The translations under genes were made by a program, and so were the position numbers. Of a stretch of DNA of 64,000 bases, positions 26,181 through 35,595 are shown in pieces. The notes beneath the pieces are model-generated. The model saw nothing but the letters and a program-made list of their open reading frames with translations, was not told the origin of the DNA and did no database searches. Position 1 is the first letter of the stretch; the number at the start of each line of letters is the position of its first letter. The stretch comes from a virus (lineage: Duplodnaviria; Caudoviricetes): the IMG/VR virus record IMGVR_UViG_3300042445_001485; one strand, written 5' to 3'.

Positions 26181-26201
26181 TGATTACTTTCTTAGGTTTG
26201 T

Positions 26202-26366
26202 TTATGCTTTGCTAACTTCAACTACCACGCCCGTGCCCAACAGCTCTTCGGCTACTGATGCTAGTGCTACAAGTGTATCTGTATCTACAATATCTTGTGT
26301 TTGTTCATCGTTTTTTACTAATCGACTAACTGTAATGACGATTGCTTCTTCTTGAATTTTAGCCAT
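26202..26366 (-). CDS. Small hypothetical protein (54 aa)
   Basis: Hand-translated MAKIQEEAIVITVSRLVK... with AAGGAG SD and upstream TAAATA. Missing from the ORF track. Confidence 0.7.
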   Translation of the reverse strand: MAKIQEEAIVITVSRLVKNDEQTQDIVDTDTLVALASVAEELLGTGVVVEVSKA

Positions 26367-26396
26367 TGGGCTTCTCCTTGATATGCAAGTATTTAT

Positions 26397-27107
26397 TTAG
26401 GCAATGACCACTGGATGAATATTTAATACGCAACCCGGATGTATCAGTTCCAAAAAGGTAGTTATCCGCGTATCGTTGGCATAAAACCAAATACTCCAAA
26501 AACCATTATATTTTGAATCTAACATTCGTTTAACACCCGGAGAAACTTTAACTTCGTCTGTGCCCATACTCTCTAAATAGTTAAGAATTTGTTGTTTAGT
26601 AGCAACATCACAGCGACCGTCGCGCAGTACAACTTTATATTGATACCCAAATTCTTTCTTGCGTATAATTACACCGTTTTTAAGCAATTCTTGTGTGGCA
26701 TCATCAGCAGGACCCGACACAGATAATAATATAGTTGAGTACTTTGTTTCAATTTGGTCAACCATGTCTTTTAACTCGGTTTCAGTTTCTGTATAAAACT
26801 GTACTTCGGGTTCTTCAATACGCATCTTAATGTGCGGATTGGCATCTTTTAATTCACGAATAATGTGTAGTAATTCTACATCTATAATATCGTTTAAAGA
26901 AGCACCCTTGCCCCAATAACCTCCGGGATTGAATTGCCGGAAATGCCGTCTTGATTCAACAGCTTCAGCATAGTCTCTGTTTTCGTATATAATACGCCCG
27001 CCAGGCACAGACAATTTTATTCGATATAGATATTTTCCAAAAAACTGTTTGGTAGTTTCTTCGAATTGAATCGAATAGTTTTTATTTTTCCAGTACAATA
27101 TATCCAT
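26397..27107 (-). CDS. Hypothetical protein
   Basis: About 236-aa ORF overlapping the end of clpA. Confidence 0.65.
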   Translation of the reverse strand: MDILYWKNKNYSIQFEETTKQFFGKYLYRIKLSVPGGRIIYENRDYAEAVESRRHFRQFNPGGYWGKGASLNDIIDVELLHIIRELKDANPHIKMRIEEPEVQFYTETETELKDMVDQIETKYSTILLSVSGPADDATQELLKNGVIIRKKEFGYQYKVVLRDGRCDVATKQQILNYLESMGTDEVKVSPGVKRMLDSKYNGFWSIWFYANDTRITTFLELIHPGCVLNIHPVVIA

Positions 27108-29376
27108 GCTCATCCACAATAGGGGGTGCTTCGATTACCAGTCTGCTGTCAAAGGTAAATTCTGTTTTGTTCCAGTCTACTGTAATGCTACTGTTGGCAG
27201 GCACACGCTCAAACAAGATCTTTTTACTCAGTGGCACTTTGATCAAATCGTTGATTTTCCTTGCAATAGGTCTAGCACCCATTTTATCATCATATCCAAT
27301 TTCACTCAGATAGTTGATTGCATTTTCTGTAAGTCGTATACGGATATGTTTGTCTTCAAGTAGTTCATTGACTTCGTTAATAAACTTTGCCACCACTTTC
27401 TTAATGCTTAACTTATCTAGTTTATTAAATTTACAGATAGCATCTAGACGATTGCGGAACTCAGGTTTGAAGAAATCTTTAACAGCCTTGTCGTCTTCGT
27501 CTGTTTTATCAACACTACCAAAACCAATTGATTTGCGTTCGTTGTCAGCGGCACCCAAATTACTAGTCAGTATAACAATGCTGTTACGGGCGTCTGCTTT
27601 TTTACCGTTACTACTGGTTACATTACCCTCGTCCATTAATTGTAATAATATATTACTGACATCTGGGTGTGCTTTTTCAATTTCGTCAAACAAAATAACA
27701 GCATTGGGACTCTTTTCTAAATCACTAATTAGCAGTCCGCCACCCAAGTTACTGTCCTCGTAGCCTACATACCCCGGGGGTGCACCGATCAGTTTACTGG
27801 CCGAATGCCGTTCTTGGTACTCACTCATGTCGTATCTTAATAGTTTCATCCCAAGGTTCTCAGCTAACAGTTTAGCAAATTCAGTTTTACCTGTGCCTGT
27901 TGGTCCCAGAAATAAGAAGCTACCAATTGGTTTATTAATGGCTTTTAATCCTGCACGACTGACATAGATTCTTTCTAACACAGAATCTACTACATTATCT
28001 TGTCCGTATAGTTTGGTTTTTACATTGCCTTCTAAGTTATCTAGACTCTTAACTGTCTCTGCACCAATTTGATCTGCTGGTATTTTTGTAAACTTACTAA
28101 TGGTGTTAATAATATCAGCTCTAGTAATAGTCCAATCGTTTTTAATTAATTTAATAGATGCACAGGCAGTATCTATTAAGTCGATTGCTTTATCAGGCAG
28201 TTTTTTATCTGTTTGATATCTAACACTTAGATCAACAGCACTATCTATTGCAGAAGCGTCAATGGTACCACCATGAAACTCTTCAAAGTATTCTTTTAGT
28301 CCACGCAAAATATCTTTGGCAACCGCAGGGGTCGGTTCTTCAACTGTTAATCGATAGAAACGACGCATCAATGCACGATCCTTTTCAAAGCTCTGTGTAT
28401 ATTCAGCCCAAGTTGTGCTGGCAATAACTTTTAATTGTCCTTTGCCCAATGCAGGTTTGATCATGTTGCTAAAATCTACTGAACTTTGTGATCCAGATCC
28501 TGCGCCTTGCATTTGATGAGCTTCGTCAATGAACAAAATACATCGACCTTCTTCAATTAAGGCATCAATGACTTCTCGTACTTTTTCTTCAAACTCGCCG
28601 CGGTACTTACTACCCGCTAGAATAGTTCCTATATCTAGATTATATACTGAATAGTCTTTGAGATAGTTGGGCACTTCACCGTTAACAATGTTTCTTGCCA
28701 GTCCCTCGGCTATTGCAGTTTTACCAACACCAGCATCACCCACCAATAATACATTGCTTTTATTTCGTTTGGCCAATACTTGAGCTATTTCATCTAATTC
28801 AAATTCACGGCCAATGACAGGATCAATTTTGCCCAACTTTGCCAACTCAGTTAAGTTTGTACAATACTCGGCTAATACTCCATTTGATTTAATTTTCCTA
28901 GCCGCTTTCTTCCCATGTGTTTCTTTATAATTTTCGTTATAGAACTCTACTAATGCGTTTCGATCTAAGCCATACTTGATCATAAAATATGCGGCATGGC
29001 TATTTGTTTCAGTGGTCATACTTAAAAATATGTCTACTACTTGTATATGTGTACGACCGCTAAACAATACTTGAGTGAGTGCATGATTAAACATACGCTC
29101 TAGAGCATGTGTTTTTTTAGGCTCACATCCATGTTCTCTACTTATTAGATATTTTTGTGTTTCTAGATAGTTGCCAATATCATCCAGCATTGCATCTATA
29201 TCACAGCCAAATGCCACTAGTAAATCATAAAATGGTTTAAAAGATACCATGCCTTTGAGCAGGTGTTCTAAAGTGACATACTCGTGATTATGTTCTTTGG
29301 CAGAACTAATTGCAGAATTAACAATTACTTCAATTTCGGGATTGGGTTGTATGGTCATCTTGTCGTTGTGAATCAT
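27082..29376 (-). CDS. clpA: ATP-dependent Clp protease ATPase subunit
   Basis: N-domain HEYVTLEHLL, GDAGVGKT/IDEAH, GPTGTGKT/FDEIEK, IGF loop, no ClpB middle domain. Confidence 0.9.
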   Translation of the reverse strand: MIHNDKMTIQPNPEIEVIVNSAISSAKEHNHEYVTLEHLLKGMVSFKPFYDLLVAFGCDIDAMLDDIGNYLETQKYLISREHGCEPKKTHALERMFNHALTQVLFSGRTHIQVVDIFLSMTTETNSHAAYFMIKYGLDRNALVEFYNENYKETHGKKAARKIKSNGVLAEYCTNLTELAKLGKIDPVIGREFELDEIAQVLAKRNKSNVLLVGDAGVGKTAIAEGLARNIVNGEVPNYLKDYSVYNLDIGTILAGSKYRGEFEEKVREVIDALIEEGRCILFIDEAHQMQGAGSGSQSSVDFSNMIKPALGKGQLKVIASTTWAEYTQSFEKDRALMRRFYRLTVEEPTPAVAKDILRGLKEYFEEFHGGTIDASAIDSAVDLSVRYQTDKKLPDKAIDLIDTACASIKLIKNDWTITRADIINTISKFTKIPADQIGAETVKSLDNLEGNVKTKLYGQDNVVDSVLERIYVSRAGLKAINKPIGSFLFLGPTGTGKTEFAKLLAENLGMKLLRYDMSEYQERHSASKLIGAPPGYVGYEDSNLGGGLLISDLEKSPNAVILFDEIEKAHPDVSNILLQLMDEGNVTSSNGKKADARNSIVILTSNLGAADNERKSIGFGSVDKTDEDDKAVKDFFKPEFRNRLDAICKFNKLDKLSIKKVVAKFINEVNELLEDKHIRIRLTENAINYLSEIGYDDKMGARPIARKINDLIKVPLSKKILFERVPANSSITVDWNKTEFTFDSRLVIEAPPIVDEHGYIVLEK

Positions 29377-29385
29377 TGTAACGCA

Positions 29386-29430
29386 ATTATATAGTGTAAC
29401 CTACATAATTGCAACCTTTAAAATATTTAT
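29386..29430 (-). promoter_or_regulatory. Tandem late and sigma70-type promoters for clpA
   Basis: TAAATA at 29430-29425. TTGCAA-N17-TATAAT at 29414-29386. Confidence 0.6.
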
Positions 29431-30281
29431 TGGTTAAGTTGAATTTGTCGGATTAAATCCAACTGCTGATTTGTTAGAGTCTGTGGTATACTAACCGTAA
29501 TTTCTACAAGTAAGTTGCCCCGTATCGTTTGTCCAAGATGATATAGCCCTTGGTCACGCACACGCATCATAGTACCAGGTTGTGTTCCGGCTGGTATTTG
29601 TAGTTCAAACACACGACCATCTAATCCAGTGATTTCAGTAACTCCACCTGTTATGGCATCTAGGCAGTTAATACTAACCTTTGAAATTAAATCAATACCG
29701 TCAATTCTGAATCTAGGATCAGGTGTTACATTAAACACAACATAAAGGTCTCCGCGTTGTAATGTATTAAACATGTTATCGCCAAGTCCTGCATATTTTA
29801 TTTGTGCTCCGTGGTGTATGCCACGCGGCACTGTTACCTCTACTGTTTCTCTATGCCCTGTTGTTGTTTGTACACTGAGTGTTTTCTTTTGCTCTTGCAA
29901 TGCCTCTATCAACGGTATATGCAACTCAACTCTTAGATCTTTGTTCTTTCTAGGATGCCGTTGCCCAAACGGACTACCCTGCCCAAATGCTCCACCAGGA
30001 AAACCAAAGTTTTTTAGTATGTCTTCCATGCCGGGTGGCATACCATTGAAGTCTTGACCGTTAACAGTAAACCTCATGCCTCCAGGATTACGACGCTCTT
30101 GATCATACTGTGCCCGCCGGTTGGGATCTTCCAGCACAGCGTATGCGGCCTGTATTTCTTGGAACCGTTGTGTATCGCCACCTTTGTCTGGGTGATGCTT
30201 GCTCGCGAGACCGCGATATGCTCGTTTGATTTCGTCAGCGGTTGCTGTTTCGGCAACACCTAATGTGGCATAATGAGTCAT
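29427..30281 (-). CDS. Class B J-domain co-chaperone (DnaJ/CbpA-like)
   Basis: J domain with HPD, G/F-rich linker, C-terminal GDLY and PAGTQPG, no Zn finger. Confidence 0.9.
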   Translation of the reverse strand: MTHYATLGVAETATADEIKRAYRGLASKHHPDKGGDTQRFQEIQAAYAVLEDPNRRAQYDQERRNPGGMRFTVNGQDFNGMPPGMEDILKNFGFPGGAFGQGSPFGQRHPRKNKDLRVELHIPLIEALQEQKKTLSVQTTTGHRETVEVTVPRGIHHGAQIKYAGLGDNMFNTLQRGDLYVVFNVTPDPRFRIDGIDLISKVSINCLDAITGGVTEITGLDGRVFELQIPAGTQPGTMMRVRDQGLYHLGQTIRGNLLVEITVSIPQTLTNQQLDLIRQIQLNQ

Positions 30282-30287
30282 TGATAT

Positions 30288-30327
30288 ATTATAAACGAGA
30301 AACCGGACGGAGTCAACCGGTCCGGTT
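30288..30327 (-). promoter_or_regulatory. Sigma70-type promoter whose -35 lies in a hairpin loop (possible terminator overlap)
   Basis: TTGACT-N17-TATAAT-N6-ATG. AACCGGAC/GTCCGGTT stem at 30301-30327. Confidence 0.72.
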
Positions 30328-30343
30328 CGGGCATAGTTCCAAT

Positions 30344-30547
30344 TTACTTGGCAGGAACTTTTTCGCCTTCAACCTTTTTGTGCACCTTGATGGTTTTACA
30401 GGTCTGTTGTGGCTTGCCGTCTTTGCCTGTTATGACTTTACCGGCTTTGTCTTTTTTGTCTTCACATACTTTTTTTTCTTCTCCGCCAGCATATGCAGTT
30501 GATGCCACCGCTAAACATAATCCTGCTACAAATATATAATTTTTCAT
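30344..30547 (-). CDS. Small exported Lys-rich protein
   Basis: Signal peptide ending AYA, two Cys, AAGGA SD. Confidence 0.65.
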   Translation of the reverse strand: MKNYIFVAGLCLAVASTAYAGGEEKKVCEDKKDKAGKVITGKDGKPQQTCKTIKVHKKVEGEKVPAK

Positions 30548-30557
30548 ATCAATTTCC

Positions 30558-30770
30558 TTATTTGGCCGCAAACCGTTCGCTGGCTGTGAATCCTAGGCCA
30601 CCAATGACCATGTACATAAGACTGTTGAACAATCCTGCGTCTATCTTTGTGTCAAACCATGAGTTGCTGATAAACCCAGCCGCGCACAATAAAAATGACA
30701 AGAATGTAATTGTGCGTTTACTACTAATTGCACCAGTTTCGTCGCCTAACATACTCTTTAATGCATTCAT
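30558..30770 (-). CDS. Small 2-TM membrane protein (holin-like)
   Basis: ISSKR followed by two hydrophobic helices. GGAG SD. Confidence 0.55.
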   Translation of the reverse strand: MNALKSMLGDETGAISSKRTITFLSFLLCAAGFISNSWFDTKIDAGLFNSLMYMVIGGLGFTASERFAAK

Positions 30771-30772
30771 AA

Positions 30773-30916
30773 TTATCTCCAAAAGAACAATATTGTTTTT
30801 AACTTGTCGATGTACTTTTGCAAGTACCGGGTTTGTATGCTTTTTGCAAACTCAGGTTGTGGGAAATTCCATCCTACAAATGCTCCTACTGCTATCCAAA
30901 ATAATGTTTCTAACAT
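30773..30916 (-). CDS. Small membrane protein (47 aa)
   Basis: Hand-translated MLETLFWIAVGAFVGWNFPQP... with AAGGA SD. Confidence 0.6.
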   Translation of the reverse strand: MLETLFWIAVGAFVGWNFPQPEFAKSIQTRYLQKYIDKLKTILFFWR

Positions 30917-30925
30917 TGTGTTTCC

Positions 30926-31489
30926 TTAAATTAATGGTTGATCAAATCCAGGAACTATTTTTTTTCCCGAAGCTGTTGTTGCAGGTGCGCTTCCAAAGCT
31001 GCCTGAGTCAAAGCCGCCTGGTGCGGATCCAAACGATGCCGCTCCAGTGCTTGGACTGCTGTTAAAGCCTCCTGTTGCAGGTGCGCTAGGCGCTGTAAAT
31101 CCGCTGGGTGTGTTGGTTGTTGCATTTGTTGTTCCTCCAAATCCTGAACCAGCAACAGGTGCTGGTGGTGTATAACTTGTGCCTGCTCCTAGGTTAATGC
31201 CACCGTTGTTGGCACCGCCTAGTTTTTCTTGTGTACGACCGTATGCCGCTAGTCCCAGTACTGCACCCATTGCTATGTGAAATAATCCTGCACCTTGTAG
31301 AGTTAAGGGTTGCCACTGTACATTTACAGCACCCTTGCTCATGGCCTGTAGCAGACTCCATAGCACAGGAAAGCCAACAAAGTCCATGGTACACACCAGC
31401 ATGTACATCCAACCCATCATGGGACGCCACTTGCTGTTCATCCAATCTTCTTTTTTCTGTTCGCTTGCGCTTTTTACTTCTTCACTCAT
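30926..31489 (-). CDS. Holin-like membrane protein with Gly/Ser/Pro-rich tail
   Basis: KWRPMMGWMY followed by TM segments. TAAATA upstream. Confidence 0.6.
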   Translation of the reverse strand: MSEEVKSASEQKKEDWMNSKWRPMMGWMYMLVCTMDFVGFPVLWSLLQAMSKGAVNVQWQPLTLQGAGLFHIAMGAVLGLAAYGRTQEKLGGANNGGINLGAGTSYTPPAPVAGSGFGGTTNATTNTPSGFTAPSAPATGGFNSSPSTGAASFGSAPGGFDSGSFGSAPATTASGKKIVPGFDQPLI

Positions 31490-31521
31490 GTCTGGCTCCT
31501 AAATGATATTGATATTTACCT

Positions 31522-32085
31522 TTAAAACCACAAATATAACCCATTGGCTGACAATAGAATTCCTATGGCCGCTACTGCAAAACTGCCCCAAAACATTGGC
31601 ATACTAACTGCAAGAATACTTGCAGATAACACAACAATGGCTAATTGGTATGCAGTATTGGCATAAGCAATCCATGGTGATCCTTTTTTGGCTTCTTCAC
31701 GGACAGCTTCCATGGCTTTTGCTTTAGTAGCAAGTTCTTTCTTGTCATAGTCCATGCGTTCTTTCTCTGCTATGAACTCTGCTTTAATTTTTGGATCACT
31801 TGCTGTCTTAGCGGCAATCTCATAGCTAACACCACGACCTGCTTTGGCTTGATACTGTGCCCATGTGTTATTAGCACCTAGTGTATTGTTTAATACTGTG
31901 CTGGATAGTTTGCCACCATACCAAGAATTTACTGCCAATAACAGTGCAAACACAGAAATAACCATACCTGCTCGGTCTTTGATCCGTGCTTCACGCTCGG
32001 ATCTAGATCCCATTACAGGCTTGGGTGCGTCTGGGTCTTTGGGTGTTTTGTTTACTAAATTTAATACTGAATCGATTAATGCCAT
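31522..32085 (-). CDS. Membrane protein (TM, coiled coil, 2 TM)
   Basis: Hydropathy pattern. Lies in the lysis region. Confidence 0.6.
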   Translation of the reverse strand: MALIDSVLNLVNKTPKDPDAPKPVMGSRSEREARIKDRAGMVISVFALLLAVNSWYGGKLSSTVLNNTLGANNTWAQYQAKAGRGVSYEIAAKTASDPKIKAEFIAEKERMDYDKKELATKAKAMEAVREEAKKGSPWIAYANTAYQLAIVVLSASILAVSMPMFWGSFAVAAIGILLSANGLYLWF

Positions 32086-32273
32086 TATATTACTCCTATT
32101 GCTACATTACAGGCCTGTACTATATATCTAAATAGTTGTTCATTTTCAGCACAACTTATGCCGGCCTTGACATCTTTAATTTCGGTTAATAAGTAATCGC
32201 GCTCTTCTGTGCTGATATTGCCTAGTTGACATTGTTCTACGATTGCTTGTATTTCTTGTTCTAGTGGATGCAT
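32085..32273 (-). CDS. Hypothetical protein
   Basis: 62-aa ORF coupled to neighbours. Confidence 0.6.
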   Translation of the reverse strand: MHPLEQEIQAIVEQCQLGNISTEERDYLLTEIKDVKAGISCAENEQLFRYIVQACNVAIGVI

Positions 32274-32274
32274 A

Positions 32275-32634
32275 TTATCTTCCTTGCCATGCGGTCCGTG
32301 CCGCTTCTATTCTCTGTGTGGCAGTTTTCTTGCCTAACTCACAAAATGTTTTACTGCCACCCTGTGCCATACGCTTGGTATGTGCCGCAAGGCCCTTCAT
32401 GTTTTCGGTTTGTGGATCTCGACGCCATTCCGCATACTGTGCCAGTACTTCTGCATTACGATGTGCTGAGGTCCAGTCTGGCCGTTCACAGTCTATGTGC
32501 TTGACGGCTATGTCGGTGGTCACAAGATGATTGAACATGACAGGATCGTGGTCTCTAGGCCAATATGTTGACAGGTCTTTTATAGTTGAACAACCTGTTA
32601 ATAATACAACTGCAATTAGAGTGAACTTTTTCAT
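32275..32634 (-). CDS. Lipoprotein
   Basis: Lipobox LLTG-C. Confidence 0.7.
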   Translation of the reverse strand: MKKFTLIAVVLLTGCSTIKDLSTYWPRDHDPVMFNHLVTTDIAVKHIDCERPDWTSAHRNAEVLAQYAEWRRDPQTENMKGLAAHTKRMAQGGSKTFCELGKKTATQRIEAARTAWQGR

Positions 32635-32900
32635 TTCCCAATATCCTCATGTATCTTCTTTTGTATTTGATACCATTCCTGCCATGCATCAACCTTGACA
32701 GCACATTCGTAATATGTATTATAGTTCATGGTAACTGTCCGAGTTAGTTCACTGAGTTTTACCCCGTTCTCTACTAGAGTCAGCTGTGGACATTTAACCA
32801 TAGCGGCTTTGCCCGGTTCGTCGGGGAATTTCGCAACAACTGGTACAGTAGTGCCACATGCCGATAATACTAGTACCATTGCAATTGATAGATATTTCAT
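32631..32900 (-). CDS. Outer-membrane spanin (Rz1-like lipoprotein)
   Basis: Lipobox LSA-C, Pro-rich, directly follows the i-spanin. Confidence 0.7.
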   Translation of the reverse strand: MKYLSIAMVLVLSACGTTVPVVAKFPDEPGKAAMVKCPQLTLVENGVKLSELTRTVTMNYNTYYECAVKVDAWQEWYQIQKKIHEDIGK

Positions 32901-33343
32901 TTGATAGCCTCGTTCCGAGCCGCGGCATTGTGTGCGTTAACTACCGCGTCGGGGATTTTACAAGTTTCGTCATATTTGACCACTTCACGGTCAATGTACT
33001 GTCGTACAATGGTGGCATTTTTGTATATCACACGCACACGCTCTTGTGACTGAGTTTCTATTTTATCATTGGCTGTCTTGCTGGCCGTTTCGATTCGAGC
33101 AACTCTTGCTTCCGCTTCAGCAACACGACTGCGCCAGGCCGCTTCGGTGTCGTAACTGCCATAAAAGTATACACCGGCAACAGCAAGTATGGTGCCCAAG
33201 ACTCTAATAGGTTCTTTAAACGGGATTAGTGGGGGTACAAAAGCAGTAAAGTAACTGAATATGTACAGCGCCGCACCCGAAGCCAGTACACCATATACTG
33301 TTAAAATTAACAACGAGTCAGGAACAAAACTCAACATCCACAT
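32897..33343 (-). CDS. Inner-membrane spanin (Rz-like)
   Basis: N-terminal TM segments, coiled coil, C-terminal Cys. Confidence 0.65.
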   Translation of the reverse strand: MWMLSFVPDSLLILTVYGVLASGAALYIFSYFTAFVPPLIPFKEPIRVLGTILAVAGVYFYGSYDTEAAWRSRVAEAEARVARIETASKTANDKIETQSQERVRVIYKNATIVRQYIDREVVKYDETCKIPDAVVNAHNAAARNEAIK

Positions 33344-33345
33344 GA

Positions 33346-33723
33346 TTACTTCTTCCCACCATTGTATAATTGTCTGTCTTTGAATTTTTCTAACTCTGTA
33401 ACACGAAACTGCAAGGTGTCAATGATGGCACGGTTTGCGGCTGCACGGGTCACTGCTTCTGTGTTGGCCTGCATCAAGTCTTGGCGCAGTTTTTCACGGG
33501 CCAGTTCAGCACCCATGTTTGGTGCTTGTTTGTTATCCGATGTTACAACCAACTGCATTTTACTTTCGAGAATGGTGAGTTGATGATTGGCATTACTCAG
33601 CGCATTCATCAAGTATACCACACAGGCAAACATGATGGGTAGCACAGCAAATGTCACCTTTTCGATCAGTGCGCCCTTGGCTTCGCCAGCACTCATCTTT
33701 TCTTTGATTTGTTCCAATTCCAT
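33346..33723 (-). CDS. Membrane-anchored coiled-coil protein
   Basis: Single TM followed by coiled coil, next to the endolysin. Confidence 0.6.
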   Translation of the reverse strand: MELEQIKEKMSAGEAKGALIEKVTFAVLPIMFACVVYLMNALSNANHQLTILESKMQLVVTSDNKQAPNMGAELAREKLRQDLMQANTEAVTRAAANRAIIDTLQFRVTELEKFKDRQLYNGGKK

Positions 33724-33724
33724 G

Positions 33725-34351
33725 TTATGCTCCTAACACATGTAAGGCATGTGCATAATGTTTTTTACGATCTTCTAAGCCAATTGTGCCACCGTTGATG
33801 CGTTTGGTCATGGTTAAGATGTCACCTGAGTCTGCGTACTGATTCAAGTTGTTGGCTTCCCAGAACCAGGCCGCACTTTGTACACAACCTTCAAATGTGG
33901 TCAAATGTTCGCTGGCTTCTTCCACAGTTTGCTCTGTGCTTTGAGCATAACGAGTGTAGTTGTCTTTACCGGTTAGCTGAATTAATCCGCGTCCGCAGTA
34001 ACGATATCCGTCGCCGCTGGACTCAGGACCGTTGCCCATTCTGTTAGCATATATCTTGTTGGCAATTGCCGCCTGCTTGTCAGACATGGCGCAGTAACGC
34101 TCTGCTGTGGGCAGGTCAAAGTATTTTTTAAACAAGGTAACCAGGGTTGCTGGTTTGTAGTTTAAGTTTTCTTTAATTGCTCGAAACCCACCCGACTCAT
34201 GAGCACATTGTGCTAGGAACGCAGCCACACGCTCAGGGGTGTCAATGTCATAATCGGGCAATATTTCACACAAGGCTTCGTGCCAGTGTTCGATGTGCGG
34301 ATTACCGGGAACAATTTGTCGTAATTGGTCTAAGGTGAGAGTGAACGCCAT
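33725..34351 (-). CDS. GH19 endolysin
   Basis: FLAQCAHESGGF, YRYCGRGLIQLTGKDNY, SAAWFW, TKRINGG. Confidence 0.92.
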   Translation of the reverse strand: MAFTLTLDQLRQIVPGNPHIEHWHEALCEILPDYDIDTPERVAAFLAQCAHESGGFRAIKENLNYKPATLVTLFKKYFDLPTAERYCAMSDKQAAIANKIYANRMGNGPESSGDGYRYCGRGLIQLTGKDNYTRYAQSTEQTVEEASEHLTTFEGCVQSAAWFWEANNLNQYADSGDILTMTKRINGGTIGLEDRKKHYAHALHVLGA

Positions 34352-34410
34352 TGAAAATCTCCTATGCTAGAGTATTTAGCAGAATAGCAGATTCAATGTA
34401 TTACAACTTT

Positions 34411-34989
34411 TTAACGAATTCCGGCGGCTATTCGCAGACTTTCGGTATATTCGTTCTTGGGTGCCTTGGTTTTAACTTTGATCCCAGCCGCAGTACGCAT
34501 ATCATCTAGGTCTCGATCGTCACCTTTTTCTTCAGACTTTTTATCTTTGTGACCAAATTTGCGTTGATATTCTTCTGCGGTACCGGGAATCAACTTACGC
34601 AAACTATCTACATCTAAGTTATGATCTTCTTGCCCGGTATAATAACGAACTCGCCATTCTTCAGCTGTTTGTTCAGTGATGTTCATGATATCCTCCATCA
34701 TTTCAACCAGCTCTTGTGCCAACCTGGGAGTACGATCACATTCAATGAACACAATGAAATCGCCGTCATCCATCTCACCCGAACTAACATCGGCATCGAT
34801 TACCCACTCGTAACCTTTTTCAATGAAGTTGACCAGGTCTTGTGCAGGTTCTTTGCCTCGAACTTTGAAACTGATGACCACAGTATCTTCATCTGCACCC
34901 AGCTTGCTTTTGAACTCGTCAATGTGCAGTTCTGTGTGTATTAGTCTCTTTAAGTCGCCGTGTTCCAGGCCTTCGAATAATTGTTTCAT
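34411..34989 (-). CDS. Hypothetical late protein
   Basis: 192 aa, N-terminal MKQLFE. Confidence 0.7.
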   Translation of the reverse strand: MKQLFEGLEHGDLKRLIHTELHIDEFKSKLGADEDTVVISFKVRGKEPAQDLVNFIEKGYEWVIDADVSSGEMDDGDFIVFIECDRTPRLAQELVEMMEDIMNITEQTAEEWRVRYYTGQEDHNLDVDSLRKLIPGTAEEYQRKFGHKDKKSEEKGDDRDLDDMRTAAGIKVKTKAPKNEYTESLRIAAGIR

Positions 34990-34990
34990 A

Positions 34991-35560
34991 TCATGCTACC
35001 GGTGCTGGTGCAGGAATTCCTGCGGATGCTGGTACAGCTGGAGCCGCTGCCATTGTGTCTTGACCTTGCGCTTCCAAGTTATCTGCACCTGTTTCGTATG
35101 CCGATTCAATATCTTCGGCGTCAATGCTTTCGTTTTCTAATTCCAAGCTGCCTCGTTCAATTTCAAACATTAGTTTCTTAGGCATAGTAATTTCTACCAG
35201 CCATACAGGTAGTTTACCTAATTTTGGTACTCGTGTGCCGGGTCTATAGTCATTGGGATTTTTGACTTTAATGGGGTATTCAAGAATATCTTTGCGCCAT
35301 TTAATTTCGCAGTCATATTCCATCAAACGATCTGCTCCGCGTGGATCAGGCATCAGCTGATGGGGCCACATGAATGTACAGGTTACAAAGTATTTTTCGT
35401 ACACTGGACCAACTACTAGTTCACCTGCTTTCCAGTTCTTAAACACATACATGTCAAGCTCGTCAAGTACTCGCTCAAAATCCATGAGTATACTCAAAGC
35501 ACTATTACTCAGGTAGATTTCTTTGGTATTTTCAATTACATCTTTAATATGGTTGGCCAT
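34991..35560 (-). CDS. Hypothetical late protein
   Basis: 189 aa. TAAATA at 35587-35582. Confidence 0.7.
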   Translation of the reverse strand: MANHIKDVIENTKEIYLSNSALSILMDFERVLDELDMYVFKNWKAGELVVGPVYEKYFVTCTFMWPHQLMPDPRGADRLMEYDCEIKWRKDILEYPIKVKNPNDYRPGTRVPKLGKLPVWLVEITMPKKLMFEIERGSLELENESIDAEDIESAYETGADNLEAQGQDTMAAAPAVPASAGIPAPAPVA

Positions 35561-35595
35561 TGTGATAAATCCGGTATAGTGTATTTATACTTGGA

